This document shows positions 55,306 to 64,000 of a DNA stretch of 64,000 nucleotides, piece after piece (the stretch's first letter is position 1; each line of letters starts with the position of its first letter). The notes beneath the pieces are model-generated. The model did not search any database. It was not told the DNA's origin and worked only from the letters and a program-made list of their open reading frames with translations. A program made the position numbers and the translations under genes. This stretch comes from a virus. The stretch lies in the IMG/VR virus record IMGVR_UViG_3300047491_001293, positions 1 to 64,000 of that record. One strand, written 5' to 3'.

Positions 55306-56379
55306 TCAGACTCCTATATCGAGCCTATGCCTCGCTTGCTCAAGTGTGTCACCCTGTGATTTAAACTCGGATATCCTCAAGAGCTGGTCGAGGTTCACGC
55401 CATCAAGCGATTGCGCCCATGAGCCAACAATTGATTCACGCATGACAATGTCTGGGTTGTCAAAGTTCCTGACAAACTTGAACCTGCTTGGCCTCTGCTT
55501 GAGGGCTATGTCAACCTTGCCTATGTCATTGGCCGTCAAGAAGAAGGCGACCTTGTTGTAACTGTTGTAAACCCCATCAAGGCAATTCAATATGCTGTCA
55601 AATGTGAACTTGATTCCCATGTTGTTGGTGCCACCTGGGCTCTCGCCGATGATGCAGCGCCGACAGCAAAAGTAGTTGTCAAAGTCCTCCAGAAGGACAA
55701 TGCACCTCTCAGGAACATTGGAGAACATGAACATGATGTCCATGTTGGAAAACTCTGGCGAAAATGTGATTATGACAATTGGAACCTTGTGCTTGACAGC
55801 AAGGTACCTTATCAACGATGTCTTGCCGTTGCCTGGCTTTCCATAGAGTATAGCACCAGTTCTTGGCTTCTTGCCGTCCATGACCATGGAAACATCCATT
55901 TCTATGTCGTTCCACAGTGACTTGTCAAGGATGGGATCATCGGCACCCTTGATGGATCCTATCTTGTCGGTGTGCCATGGCGTCGCAACAAGGACTGGTA
56001 TGCCAAATTTCTCAAGTTGAACGGCGTGCAACTGGTTGACAAGAAATGATTTTATCGATTTGTATGACCATCGGAAGCAAATTATGACCGTGGTGAAGTC
56101 CTTGCCCTGGAATCCAGCTTGAAGCATGCGCTCTTGATGAGCCAAATAAAACAATGGTGTGCCATCATACTTGCAAAAAGCCTTGTAAACCACTGGGTGC
56201 CTTGATTCCGTGAAAAACTCCTCCTCCATGACAAACTTGGTCACATCATCAAGCGTCTCATAGATCGTCCTAAATGTATTCTGGTCAACCCTAAGATCAA
56301 CAAGGATGACGAACCGCAATACAGCCCATATGCCGACCAAAGTTCCACCAACAGCAAGCAAACCAGTAATCCAAGACAT
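55306..56379 (-). CDS. BCS1-like membrane-anchored AAA+ ATPase
   Basis: N-term TM; LYGKPGNGKTS, LLEDFD, ILNCLDG, TAN, ALKQRPSR; start re-called. Confidence 0.85.
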   Translation of the reverse strand: MSWITGLLAVGGTLVGIWAVLRFVILVDLRVDQNTFRTIYETLDDVTKFVMEEEFFTESRHPVVYKAFCKYDGTPLFYLAHQERMLQAGFQGKDFTTVIICFRWSYKSIKSFLVNQLHAVQLEKFGIPVLVATPWHTDKIGSIKGADDPILDKSLWNDIEMDVSMVMDGKKPRTGAILYGKPGNGKTSLIRYLAVKHKVPIVIITFSPEFSNMDIMFMFSNVPERCIVLLEDFDNYFCCRRCIIGESPGGTNNMGIKFTFDSILNCLDGVYNSYNKVAFFLTANDIGKVDIALKQRPSRFKFVRNFDNPDIVMRESIVGSWAQSLDGVNLDQLLRISEFKSQGDTLEQARHRLDIGV

Positions 56380-56425
56380 TAAAATTCCTCTCAAAATGAC
56401 ACTAGATAATGTAAGAGGTGAACAA

Positions 56426-56815
56426 ATGAGAAGTATAAATGAATTCAAGGCTGGCAACAAGATTAAAGGTTTTTTAAACAAGCTTTTTGAGGCTCGACAA
56501 GTGGCGCATATAGCCCACCTTCAAACCAAGAGTTATGCCGAGCACAAGGCTTTGAACTCATTCTATGACAGCATCTTGGATCTCACTGATGGTTTCATTG
56601 AGGCCTACCAGGGGCAATATGGCATCGTGACTGGGTATGAATCCATATCATCAACAGCGCCAGATTCGATAGACAAATACATCTCAGATTTTGCCGACGA
56701 TGTCAAGGCCGCAAGAAAAAATCTTGATGAAAATGACACTCATCTCCAGAACATGCTTGACGAGATTATCAGCCTTGCCTATTCAACAGTTTACAAATTA
56801 AGGTATTTGAAATAA
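56426..56815 (+). CDS. DUF5856 / Dps-like ferritin-fold protein
   Basis: AHIAHLQTKSYAEHKAL..FYD..D.FIEAYQG.YG..LQN.LDEI..YKL; TAGATA and GAGGTG upstream. Confidence 0.85.
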   Translation: MRSINEFKAGNKIKGFLNKLFEARQVAHIAHLQTKSYAEHKALNSFYDSILDLTDGFIEAYQGQYGIVTGYESISSTAPDSIDKYISDFADDVKAARKNLDENDTHLQNMLDEIISLAYSTVYKLRYLK

Positions 56816-57507
56816 TGTCCTATGATGACCTCATTGCCGAGATTGGCATAGGACATCCTTGCCAAAAATTCAATGATGCCTGGTCTAGGGTGGAGATGGC
56901 GCTTAGCCAACATTATGTGAAAACCTTGACCCAAGAAGAGGCTGCTATAGCTTGGTTGGTGGTCATGCGTGTCCGACCAAAACTTTTTGTAGAGCTTGGA
57001 GGACAGCATGGCCACTCCAGCATGATATTCTCGGAGGCCATGAAGGTTGTTGGCGGCAGGTTCATTAGTGTCGAGCTTGGCATTTCCCCAGAAAACAAGT
57101 ACCCACCAGAGGTCTGCGGAACCTTGAAATTTTTGCCAGAGGAAGGCCATGTCACAAAGATATTTGGCAATGCCGAGGTTGAGCTCCCAAGGATTTTGGA
57201 AAACAACAAGGTTGACATGGTGTTCCACGATTGCGCCCACACATGGGACCATGTGGAATTCTGCCTAAATGCCGCAGAGAGGTCAAACCCAGATGTCGTT
57301 CAGATGTGCCATGATTGCGCAAGCTTCATGTGGAACCCAGAGAGGGAAACACAGTATGGGGTCATCTGCGCTGAGAGGCCTGTCTTTGACAAGCACTTCC
57401 TCAACAACGATAGATACATGTACCGTGTCTATGAGGGCAAGTATGGGTTAGGATTTGCCATACCGAAAACTAGATTAGTTAATGATTGTGCCACCAAAAA
57501 GGATTGA
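56815..57507 (+). CDS. class I SAM methyltransferase (Methyltransf_24-like)
   Basis: RPKLFVELG...GHSS, DMVFHD..H, HD. Confidence 0.75.
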   Translation: MSYDDLIAEIGIGHPCQKFNDAWSRVEMALSQHYVKTLTQEEAAIAWLVVMRVRPKLFVELGGQHGHSSMIFSEAMKVVGGRFISVELGISPENKYPPEVCGTLKFLPEEGHVTKIFGNAEVELPRILENNKVDMVFHDCAHTWDHVEFCLNAAERSNPDVVQMCHDCASFMWNPERETQYGVICAERPVFDKHFLNNDRYMYRVYEGKYGLGFAIPKTRLVNDCATKKD

Positions 57508-58333
57508 TTGGAAGATACATGTGCCCGTGCCAGATGGCATAGGAAATGCAGATTTCACGCCGCCATCACTTAGATCACAGCCAAAAGTGAATTTCATAAT
57601 ATCAACTTGCGACAGGCCAGCGGCATATATCCACAAAATGCTTGCGACAATGTTCATGGGTGGATTCCCAATTGAATACAAACTAAACCTTGTCGTATCT
57701 GGAGACGAAACAAAATACCTTGACTGCTACAAGCACATGCCAAACATCAGGATATACAAGTGGAACTCGGATGAATGGGGCAGAGTTAAGTCGTTGCCGG
57801 TAAAGTTCAGGGCGAGCTACAACTACCTGCAGTGCTTAGGCATAAACGATTACGAGAACAGCTTGATATTTGAGGATGACTTGGTTTTCCAGCACAATTG
57901 GCTTGGCAAGCTATTCAAGTGCATCACTGCCGCAGAGATTGATGGATACGACAATTACATGATGACACTGTTCTGCCAAAACAAATGCAGAACCACAAAA
58001 TTATACGCAAAGGTTCCACGCATAACATGGGCTGGAACACAGGCAATGTACTACCCAGAGAAAGTGCTGCGGGTCATAAGGCCATTCGTGCAGCAAGTCA
58101 CTGAAATTGTTTCAAAGGTCCAGTCTGAGCCCAGCAACCCACTCTACCTCAACGCATACGACATGCTTGTTAAGGAGTGCGCCATAATGGATGGTGTTGA
58201 CATACTTGCCCCATGCGAGTCTCTGGTGCAACACATAGGCTCACAAACAGCGGGCGGCACTGGCCAAGATATAATGAAAAGCCCAATTTTCCATTCATGC
58301 AAGCTTGATGGTGTCGGTGGCGATGCCCCTTGA
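57482..58333 (+). CDS. GT-A glycosyltransferase-like protein
   Basis: LIFEDD, GTQAM.Y, SLVQHIG. Confidence 0.7.
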   Translation: MIVPPKRIDWKIHVPVPDGIGNADFTPPSLRSQPKVNFIISTCDRPAAYIHKMLATMFMGGFPIEYKLNLVVSGDETKYLDCYKHMPNIRIYKWNSDEWGRVKSLPVKFRASYNYLQCLGINDYENSLIFEDDLVFQHNWLGKLFKCITAAEIDGYDNYMMTLFCQNKCRTTKLYAKVPRITWAGTQAMYYPEKVLRVIRPFVQQVTEIVSKVQSEPSNPLYLNAYDMLVKECAIMDGVDILAPCESLVQHIGSQTAGGTGQDIMKSPIFHSCKLDGVGGDAP

Positions 58334-59197
58334 CCATTGAAAGCTCTTGAAGCTTACTGGTGGGTTGCTTCTGTTGACAAAACCAAAAGGCTTCTTCTCA
58401 TAGTACAGCCATGCTGGATTCTCTTTTGATTTCTGGCTCGTCACAAAATGAAAACCCTCCATTTCGTCTGTTCTTTCTTTTATTCTGTAAATGTGCTCTG
58501 GATACTTTGAGAAATATGTGGTCAATATGCCTGGTTCAGAGTTGTGATAGTTGAAGATTACGGGATCTGGTATGACATAGTGATCTATTGTCATTACAAG
58601 TCTTGCCGTAAGACCCTGCTCATCAAACCAATTGTCCCAGTTGTTGGAGTTCTCAATGATAGCACCAGTTATGTCATAATTTGGAGGAAAGCCAAAAATC
58701 CCTGCATTGATCGGTTGCATAGGGATATTTTTTTTTATCATGTCCAAGGTGTTGGATCCAAGACTCGTGTTGATTCCCCTATTTGCAAAAGCCTTGTTTG
58801 AGGAAAAAAACTTGTTGATATGGCTTCCACGAGCCAGAAGAACAAGGTCTGAGTCAATGTAAACCTCATGGCTCTGCATGCGAAGTCTGGGTGGGTAAAA
58901 TTTCCATCCCGTATTCTTTGGAGCTAGTGGAAGGCTGCCAGTGTCTGCAGCAACACAAGAAACTCCATACTTACCAAGCTCATCTTGGAACCTTGCAAGC
59001 GCATCTGGCCTAAAGCAAGTGTTGAATACAGCGACACCGTCGGCGATGTCGCCGTAAAGAACGCTGAATGTTCGGCAGCTTTCAAATAATATTTTGTTTC
59101 CAAATGGACTTGGTCCAACCGTCCACCTAAAAAGAGGTCTATTGTTGCCCTTGTTTTTTTCTATGAACTCTGATGCCGAAAATTTATGTGGCATCAA
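58295..59197 (-). CDS. GT-A glycosyltransferase-like protein
   Basis: WKFYPPRLR, IDSDLV, INAGIFG.PP, DEQG. Confidence 0.65.
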   Translation of the reverse strand: MMPHKFSASEFIEKNKGNNRPLFRWTVGPSPFGNKILFESCRTFSVLYGDIADGVAVFNTCFRPDALARFQDELGKYGVSCVAADTGSLPLAPKNTGWKFYPPRLRMQSHEVYIDSDLVLLARGSHINKFFSSNKAFANRGINTSLGSNTLDMIKKNIPMQPINAGIFGFPPNYDITGAIIENSNNWDNWFDEQGLTARLVMTIDHYVIPDPVIFNYHNSEPGILTTYFSKYPEHIYRIKERTDEMEGFHFVTSQKSKENPAWLYYEKKPFGFVNRSNPPVSFKSFQWSRGIATDTIKLA

Positions 59198-59644
59198 CTA
59201 TTTAGATTCTATGTTGTACTTTTCCTTGAGATAGGAAATTAAGACTTTTTGTTCAGTGTCCATGTCCTTGTGTTGATCATAAAGATCTTGGTATCTTTTT
59301 TGCAAGTTGTCCATTTTCTCCCTCTGCTTCCTCAGTGGGAATTCAGTCTTAAAAAAATCATCCGAACCAATCTTTATTGACTCAAGAAAATCGGCATACT
59401 CAGTTGCCAGCTTGATCCGCTTCTCACTGTACATCAACACAAGGGAATCAACATTTTTTGTTGACATTGATCGTATTTTTGCGATGGCATTCTTTATTTC
59501 CATAGATGCCATTGATGGCTTAGAATTAACCGCTGTGTTGAACTTGTGTATTATGTCATTTAGGCCAATCCAGTACCTTTTTGTGGCTATCTCTTGCTCT
59601 GGCGTAATTGCAAACATCACCAATTGAAACAATAAAACTGTCAT
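59198..59644 (-). CDS. hypothetical exported protein
   Basis: Hydrophobic N-terminus; GGGAGG SD. Confidence 0.6.
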   Translation of the reverse strand: MTVLLFQLVMFAITPEQEIATKRYWIGLNDIIHKFNTAVNSKPSMASMEIKNAIAKIRSMSTKNVDSLVLMYSEKRIKLATEYADFLESIKIGSDDFFKTEFPLRKQREKMDNLQKRYQDLYDQHKDMDTEQKVLISYLKEKYNIESK

Positions 59645-59781
59645 TTTATGATCCTCCCTATAGATAATACTTGGATCTTAGCATGAATTGCTAAAAAAAA
59701 TCAATAGCGATATCACCATCAATATGCCTTATCAAATGGGAGGCATGGATAATATATAATGAACGAACCATGAGGTGAAAA

Positions 59782-60330
59782 ATGAAATTTGAAGAATATG
59801 CTGCCATGAGGGAGGCGACCACTCCCATGATCCTAAAAGAAAGTACAAATGGCCTTTCAGAGAACATAAAATACCATCTGGAAAACAATTTGTCTCTTTC
59901 GGACAGTGTATTTAGAATTGGTTCCACCGCATACTTAGATCTTGTCAATGAGGTGCGTGACTTGCACCTTGATGGCAAACTGGAACTCAATGAAAATGAT
60001 CTATTCATCATCATGACTGAGGCTGGGCGTACTGGCGTATATCAAGGAAAACAAGTTCCACTCGACAGCCCAAAAAGAGGCGGATCAAAGAAATTCTATG
60101 TTTTTGTCAATAGCGGCAGAAAAAACGCAGATGGCCGTGTTGTGGCCAAAAAAGTCAGTTGGGGAGACCGAAAACTTTCAGTCAAAAACCAAAGCGACAA
60201 GGCCAGAAAGAGCTTTTTGGCACGGCACAAATGCTCACAGAAATCAGATAGGAAAACCGCTGGATGGTGGGCATGCAATGTAAACAGATATGCCAAACAG
60301 CTCGGTCTTGTAAGCACAAAAAAATGGTGA
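59782..60330 (+). CDS. conserved T4-like phage protein (DUF6321-like) with capsid-targeting-like N-terminus
   Basis: MKFEEY..; SPKRGGSKKFYV..KKVSWGD..RKSFLARHKC..AGWWAC. Confidence 0.7.
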   Translation: MKFEEYAAMREATTPMILKESTNGLSENIKYHLENNLSLSDSVFRIGSTAYLDLVNEVRDLHLDGKLELNENDLFIIMTEAGRTGVYQGKQVPLDSPKRGGSKKFYVFVNSGRKNADGRVVAKKVSWGDRKLSVKNQSDKARKSFLARHKCSQKSDRKTAGWWACNVNRYAKQLGLVSTKKW

Positions 60331-60334
60331 TCAA

Positions 60335-60607
60335 ATGCTGCCATTCAAGCAAAAGAAAGTTTCCAGTGATAAGGTCATAAGGACATTCAGCCAGGACACA
60401 CCCAGCGAGGAATTCAAGTGGCATAGAGATGCCGAAGACAGGATCATAAAACCACTGCAGGAAACAGATTGGAAAATTCAAATTGACAATCAATTGCCAG
60501 TGGCCATCAAAGGCATCATGGAAATACCAGCGGGTGTATATCATAGGGTCATCAAGGGCACTGGAAACCTGCACCTTGAGATAGAAATGAATCCAAAAGA
60601 GGTTTGA
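60335..60607 (+). CDS. small cupin-fold protein
   Basis: WHRDAEDR...IPAGVYHRVIKG. Confidence 0.8.
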   Translation: MLPFKQKKVSSDKVIRTFSQDTPSEEFKWHRDAEDRIIKPLQETDWKIQIDNQLPVAIKGIMEIPAGVYHRVIKGTGNLHLEIEMNPKEV

Positions 60608-61275
60608 TGTTCAAGCCTGGGCCGCTCTACAACAAGCGATACCACATCATGGAGCGACTGAGAAAAGTTTCGCTTGAGACTGGCGATGTCTTTTACAATG
60701 GCTCAAATGTCCGTGGGCCACTTGGAATTCCATTTGGTGGTCTCATACAGTTGTTCACAAAATCCGTCTACAGCCACGCAACAGTAGCTCTTGTTGAAGA
60801 GGGTGAATACTACGCCATAGATGTCTCAGATTATGGGTGCAGGAAGTTACGCATCATTGACTGGTTTGACAACTGGGGGGTTGAGGACTTTTGTGTGGTT
60901 CGTTTGAAGGAAAAAAAGACTGATGATGAGGAAAGATTTAAAGTCGCCATCAAGAAATTTCTTGATGAAGACCCAAGCTATGATTTCACCTTCAACGACC
61001 CAAAAGCATACTACTGCACCGAGTCGGTCAAGCGCATATATGGCGAGCTTGGCTATGATCTTGGAGGTAGCTATCTCATCAAAGACATAGTTCCATGGTG
61101 GTTCTACCCGCTGTTGCGAATTGGCTCAGTGATGACAAAAATTGCAAGCGGTGCATCGCTGCCAACCGATGTCAAAATATCGATAGTCGGCAATGAAGAA
61201 AAAGGCATGCTCGCAAGTACGCTTACTAGGAAACTGATCGCATATGATGGCAAAGATTTCACTTATTTTTCTTAG
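60607..61275 (+). CDS. permuted papain-like amidase (YiiX/YebB, NlpC/P60)
   Basis: GDVF..YSHA..YDFTF..YYCTE. Confidence 0.8.
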   Translation: MFKPGPLYNKRYHIMERLRKVSLETGDVFYNGSNVRGPLGIPFGGLIQLFTKSVYSHATVALVEEGEYYAIDVSDYGCRKLRIIDWFDNWGVEDFCVVRLKEKKTDDEERFKVAIKKFLDEDPSYDFTFNDPKAYYCTESVKRIYGELGYDLGGSYLIKDIVPWWFYPLLRIGSVMTKIASGASLPTDVKISIVGNEEKGMLASTLTRKLIAYDGKDFTYFS

Positions 61276-61729
61276 TGCCATGCTGGCAGCTGGCTGCCCG
61301 AGTCACCAAGACACTAGCTGGAAAGACATCAAGCCTTGGGACGAAAGCGCACCAGGCCACGATGATGCGGCCAAGGATGGCACAAGTTCCAAGCTTTTGT
61401 CACTTCACAACAAGCAGAGGGAATTGCGTGGCAGGACAGGACTTGCAATCGACAGCTACCTTGAGAAATATGCGCAAAAGCACGCAGAGTGGATGGCAAA
61501 CAAGCATAACCTACAGCATTCTGACATATCGGTTCTGATGGGGAGATACCACACAGCCGGTGAAAACATAGCTTGGAACCAAGAGGATGAGCTGGAAGTT
61601 GTCAACGCATGGATGAAATCGCCTGGCCACAGGGATAACATTATGAATAGGCAGTTCAGCAAGGTTGGTTTCGGTGTGGCGCAAGCTGGCGATGGAAGCC
61701 TATTCTGGTGTACGGTATTCGGAGACTGA
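61244..61729 (+). CDS. CAP/SCP-domain lipoprotein
   Basis: Lipobox LAAGC; HN..R, AQKHA, GENIA, WM.SPGHR.NI. Confidence 0.9.
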   Translation: MMAKISLIFLSAMLAAGCPSHQDTSWKDIKPWDESAPGHDDAAKDGTSSKLLSLHNKQRELRGRTGLAIDSYLEKYAQKHAEWMANKHNLQHSDISVLMGRYHTAGENIAWNQEDELEVVNAWMKSPGHRDNIMNRQFSKVGFGVAQAGDGSLFWCTVFGD

Positions 61730-62167
61730 AACCATCTGCAAGTAGAGCGTGCTTGGTGGCTCTGGGTAGTAAAACCGTATGTAGGGACAAAGCCATGTCT
61801 GTTGGCCTGGCATAACGCCAGAAAGGTTCTCGGAGTGGACATCATAGATCCACCCGTCATAGAGCGGCTCCTTGTAGGTTATCCTGACATCACATCCAGG
61901 GAAATACCCATCAGACACCAGCAGCACAAAGCCCTTTTCATAGTTCTCTATGCTTTTAATTTTACAACCGTGATTAATGAGCCTATCGGCGCCAATGATG
62001 ACAGGGCTCAGTGCCGCATCTGTCATCCCGGCTGGCGCAAAATCATAAAGCTCATCCTCATGCTCAAAGACCCATCTGTCCTTGGATTTGAGGACAAAGA
62101 AAGGCTTTATTCCCATTTTCTCATAGTCGCTGCGTGTGTCTGAATTTTCAAAGAATCCCATATTCAC
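61700..62167 (-). CDS. DUF6717-like protein
   Basis: WVF..GAD.LI..GF.L..S..FPG..G..Y..WLCP..YY..PP..LY. Confidence 0.7.
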   Translation of the reverse strand: MNMGFFENSDTRSDYEKMGIKPFFVLKSKDRWVFEHEDELYDFAPAGMTDAALSPVIIGADRLINHGCKIKSIENYEKGFVLLVSDGYFPGCDVRITYKEPLYDGWIYDVHSENLSGVMPGQQTWLCPYIRFYYPEPPSTLYLQMVSVSEYRTPE

Positions 62168-62580
62168 ACCTTGCCATGGTTTTTGCTTTTTATTTTCATA
62201 GACATTGTCATTGCCTTAACAGGGGCGGTGAACAAGTGAAGCAGCATGTTTGACCTGCCATTCTTGATCTCAAATGCAATGGCCGGGCACTCAAATTGGT
62301 TCTTGCCACGACTTAGCAGAACAATGTCCTTAACAATTATTCCTTTAGACTTGCACGCCTTTGTGAACTTATTGATCCCAAACAGAAATGAGAAATACCC
62401 AGTCTTTCCATCCTTGGGACCGCCAACAATCTCATGCCTCATTGGGCAAACAAAAATGTGTGTAAGCCCATCAAACGACTGGACTGAATGTGGCAGAAAG
62501 TTTACTTTTTTTTCCCTTTTTGTAAACCAACACTCAGACAGTGTTGACAAAATTGCCTTTATCGCTTGTTTCTTTTTCAT
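62164..62580 (-). CDS. hypothetical protein
   Basis: 138-aa ORF in operon. Confidence 0.65.
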   Translation of the reverse strand: MKKKQAIKAILSTLSECWFTKREKKVNFLPHSVQSFDGLTHIFVCPMRHEIVGGPKDGKTGYFSFLFGINKFTKACKSKGIIVKDIVLLSRGKNQFECPAIAFEIKNGRSNMLLHLFTAPVKAMTMSMKIKSKNHGKV

Positions 62581-62591
62581 TTATGCATTCC

Positions 62592-62825
62592 CTAAAATGG
62601 TAGTTCTGGGTCTTGTATATCGTAAATAATTGGGGCAGCAACCTTATAGTCACGGCCTATCGCCTCAACAATCTTTTGTTTCTCATGGTCATCAACTTGC
62701 TCCAAAGCGACAATGAACATGTCCAAAATGGCGTTTTTCTCATCCTCTGGATATGTCGAAGCGCTTTTGGCAACCTTTGAAAGAAATTCAATCAAAATCT
62801 TTTTGTGTCGCAGAGAAACTTTCAT
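62592..62825 (-). CDS. hypothetical protein
   Basis: MKVSLRH...; AGGGG SD; TG-C-TATAAT upstream. Confidence 0.6.
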   Translation of the reverse strand: MKVSLRHKKILIEFLSKVAKSASTYPEDEKNAILDMFIVALEQVDDHEKQKIVEAIGRDYKVAAPIIYDIQDPELPF

Positions 62826-62891
62826 AGGCGGTGCCCCTTCGGACACATTATAGCATCAATTGCAAATTGCTAAAGTACATTTGGAAAAAAC

Positions 62892-63728
62892 TCACCAAAC
62901 AATTGATTCGCCCTTGCAAAGGTCATGTTTGTAGTCAAATATCTTACGGTGCAAAAGTTCGGCAAAAACAGCCGGGTTCACAAATTCATTCATATTGCAC
63001 TGTTTTGAATTCTCTGCGATAAGACTCTCAACTTGATGGATGAAGCTTGTCTTGCCGAGAAAACTCTGTGTGGATATCAATCTGCCATGCAAGTCATTGT
63101 TTATCCATTTTTTTCTCAACAAATCATCACAAATCATTACGAGTTTTTCACTTGCATCAACCCATTCTGGATGCATTGGCGAAATAAGGTCAATGACATA
63201 AATTTCTGGATTTTTTTCAAGATAAGAAAAGACAAATCTCAAACTGTGAAAATAATTTCTTTGCTGGGTAAAACCAAGGCTCTTGCCAATGTCCTCTATC
63301 TCATCCATCTGCGGGTTCGTGTGGAGAATGACTTGGTATTTGGCCCACGGTGAGCAATCAAGAACCTCATGCTCTTGCCCCCACTCCAACTGCCCAGGAT
63401 CCACAAATGAATATGGGAAAATCCTTAACTCAAGTGATTCTGGCTGTACCTTGAGAACCGAAAGGCTTTCGCCGGCACAGTTTGTCCTAATGTCTCCATC
63501 AACACCAATCGCAAATGATTTAATGCCAGCACCAGTGCGCAAAGCCCTGGCTGTTGTCTCAATTAAATCATTTGATTTCAAAAGAATTATCGCATTGCAA
63601 ACACCTTCTGATGTGATCAAGATGAAGGAAGGAATAATCTTGCTGCCAGAGTGCTCACTCCAGTAGACCTTGAATAATCTGGAAAACTCAAAAACATCCT
63701 TTTCTAACTTATCACGAAGACGAAACAT
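62892..63728 (-). CDS. hypothetical protein
   Basis: MFRLRDK...; AAGGAAGGA SD. Confidence 0.7.
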   Translation of the reverse strand: MFRLRDKLEKDVFEFSRLFKVYWSEHSGSKIIPSFILITSEGVCNAIILLKSNDLIETTARALRTGAGIKSFAIGVDGDIRTNCAGESLSVLKVQPESLELRIFPYSFVDPGQLEWGQEHEVLDCSPWAKYQVILHTNPQMDEIEDIGKSLGFTQQRNYFHSLRFVFSYLEKNPEIYVIDLISPMHPEWVDASEKLVMICDDLLRKKWINNDLHGRLISTQSFLGKTSFIHQVESLIAENSKQCNMNEFVNPAVFAELLHRKIFDYKHDLCKGESIVW

Positions 63729-63770
63729 AGATTCCTTCCTTGGTAGTGCACCCAAGGAATTATAAAGGTT

Positions 63771-63998
63771 TTATCGCATTTGTACATAGATCATTTGTGG
63801 CCACATGCCAAATTTCTTCAAAAAATTAATTGGCATGAAAAACTTATCGCTTGGCTTTCCACCAAGTATACTATATTCATTGTCAGCATCATGTTTCTCG
63901 AGCACAAAATCAGTGCTGGGTAATTTTCCAGCACTTACCACCATGCAGCCTCGATTATCGCAACCATTGATTAATTTAGCCAAGTTTTTTGGCACAAT
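63771..63998 (-). CDS. hypothetical protein, 3' part (probably starts beyond window)
   Basis: Frame open to window edge. Confidence 0.5.
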   Translation of the reverse strand: MVPKNLAKLINGCDNRGCMVVSAGKLPSTDFVLEKHDADNEYSILGGKPSDKFFMPINFLKKFGMWPQMIYVQMR

Positions 63999-64000
63999 TG

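Noticed and set aside
4372-63666. Numerous antisense or off-frame ORFs in the track (e.g. 5083..5613, 24671..25318, 37485..38117, 50976..51590)
   Set aside because: Overlap well-supported genes and show no motifs, SD or paralog conservation, unlike the MTase +1 ORFs
1-64000. Stop-codon reassignment
   Set aside because: Recognisable genes are full length in code 11 and end in TAA, TAG and TGA
1-64000. tRNA/rRNA genes, integrase, transposase, introns/inteins
   Set aside because: No cloverleaf, rRNA or characteristic motifs noticed by eye; tRNAscan/Infernal would be needed to exclude them

Overview
Gene-dense 64 kb segment, standard genetic code, of what looks like a large T4-like/jumbo bacteriophage genome. 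It is accessory/late-gene territory: no capsid, terminase, polymerase, rRNA, tRNA or CRISPR was seen. The left end (about 400-2350) has iteron-like 21-bp and 34-bp tandem repeats, many same-strand TTCACA motifs and a C-rich to G-rich skew switch, which suggests a replication origin. About 15 otherwise unrelated genes share an N-terminal F-x-x-[FWY]-[LMI]...E tag resembling the T4 capsid-targeting sequence. Many of them sit 4-5 nt behind a TA[GTA]ATA late-promoter-like box (leaderless mRNA), and their cargo domains include ADP-ribosyltransferase-like, GNAT, transglutaminase-like and HD enzymes. Other notable content: three tandem C5 DNA methyltransferases each with a conserved nested +1-frame second gene (M.EcoHK31I-like), two further C5 MTases, an array of tiny Ser/Trp/Cys-rich peptide genes, a three-member MSHYT-leader family, a large glycosyltransferase/O-methyltransferase set, a DUF6745-type three-gene operon, Hsp20, and apparent absence of ACGT and CGCG. 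All family calls come from motif recognition by eye, not database searches.
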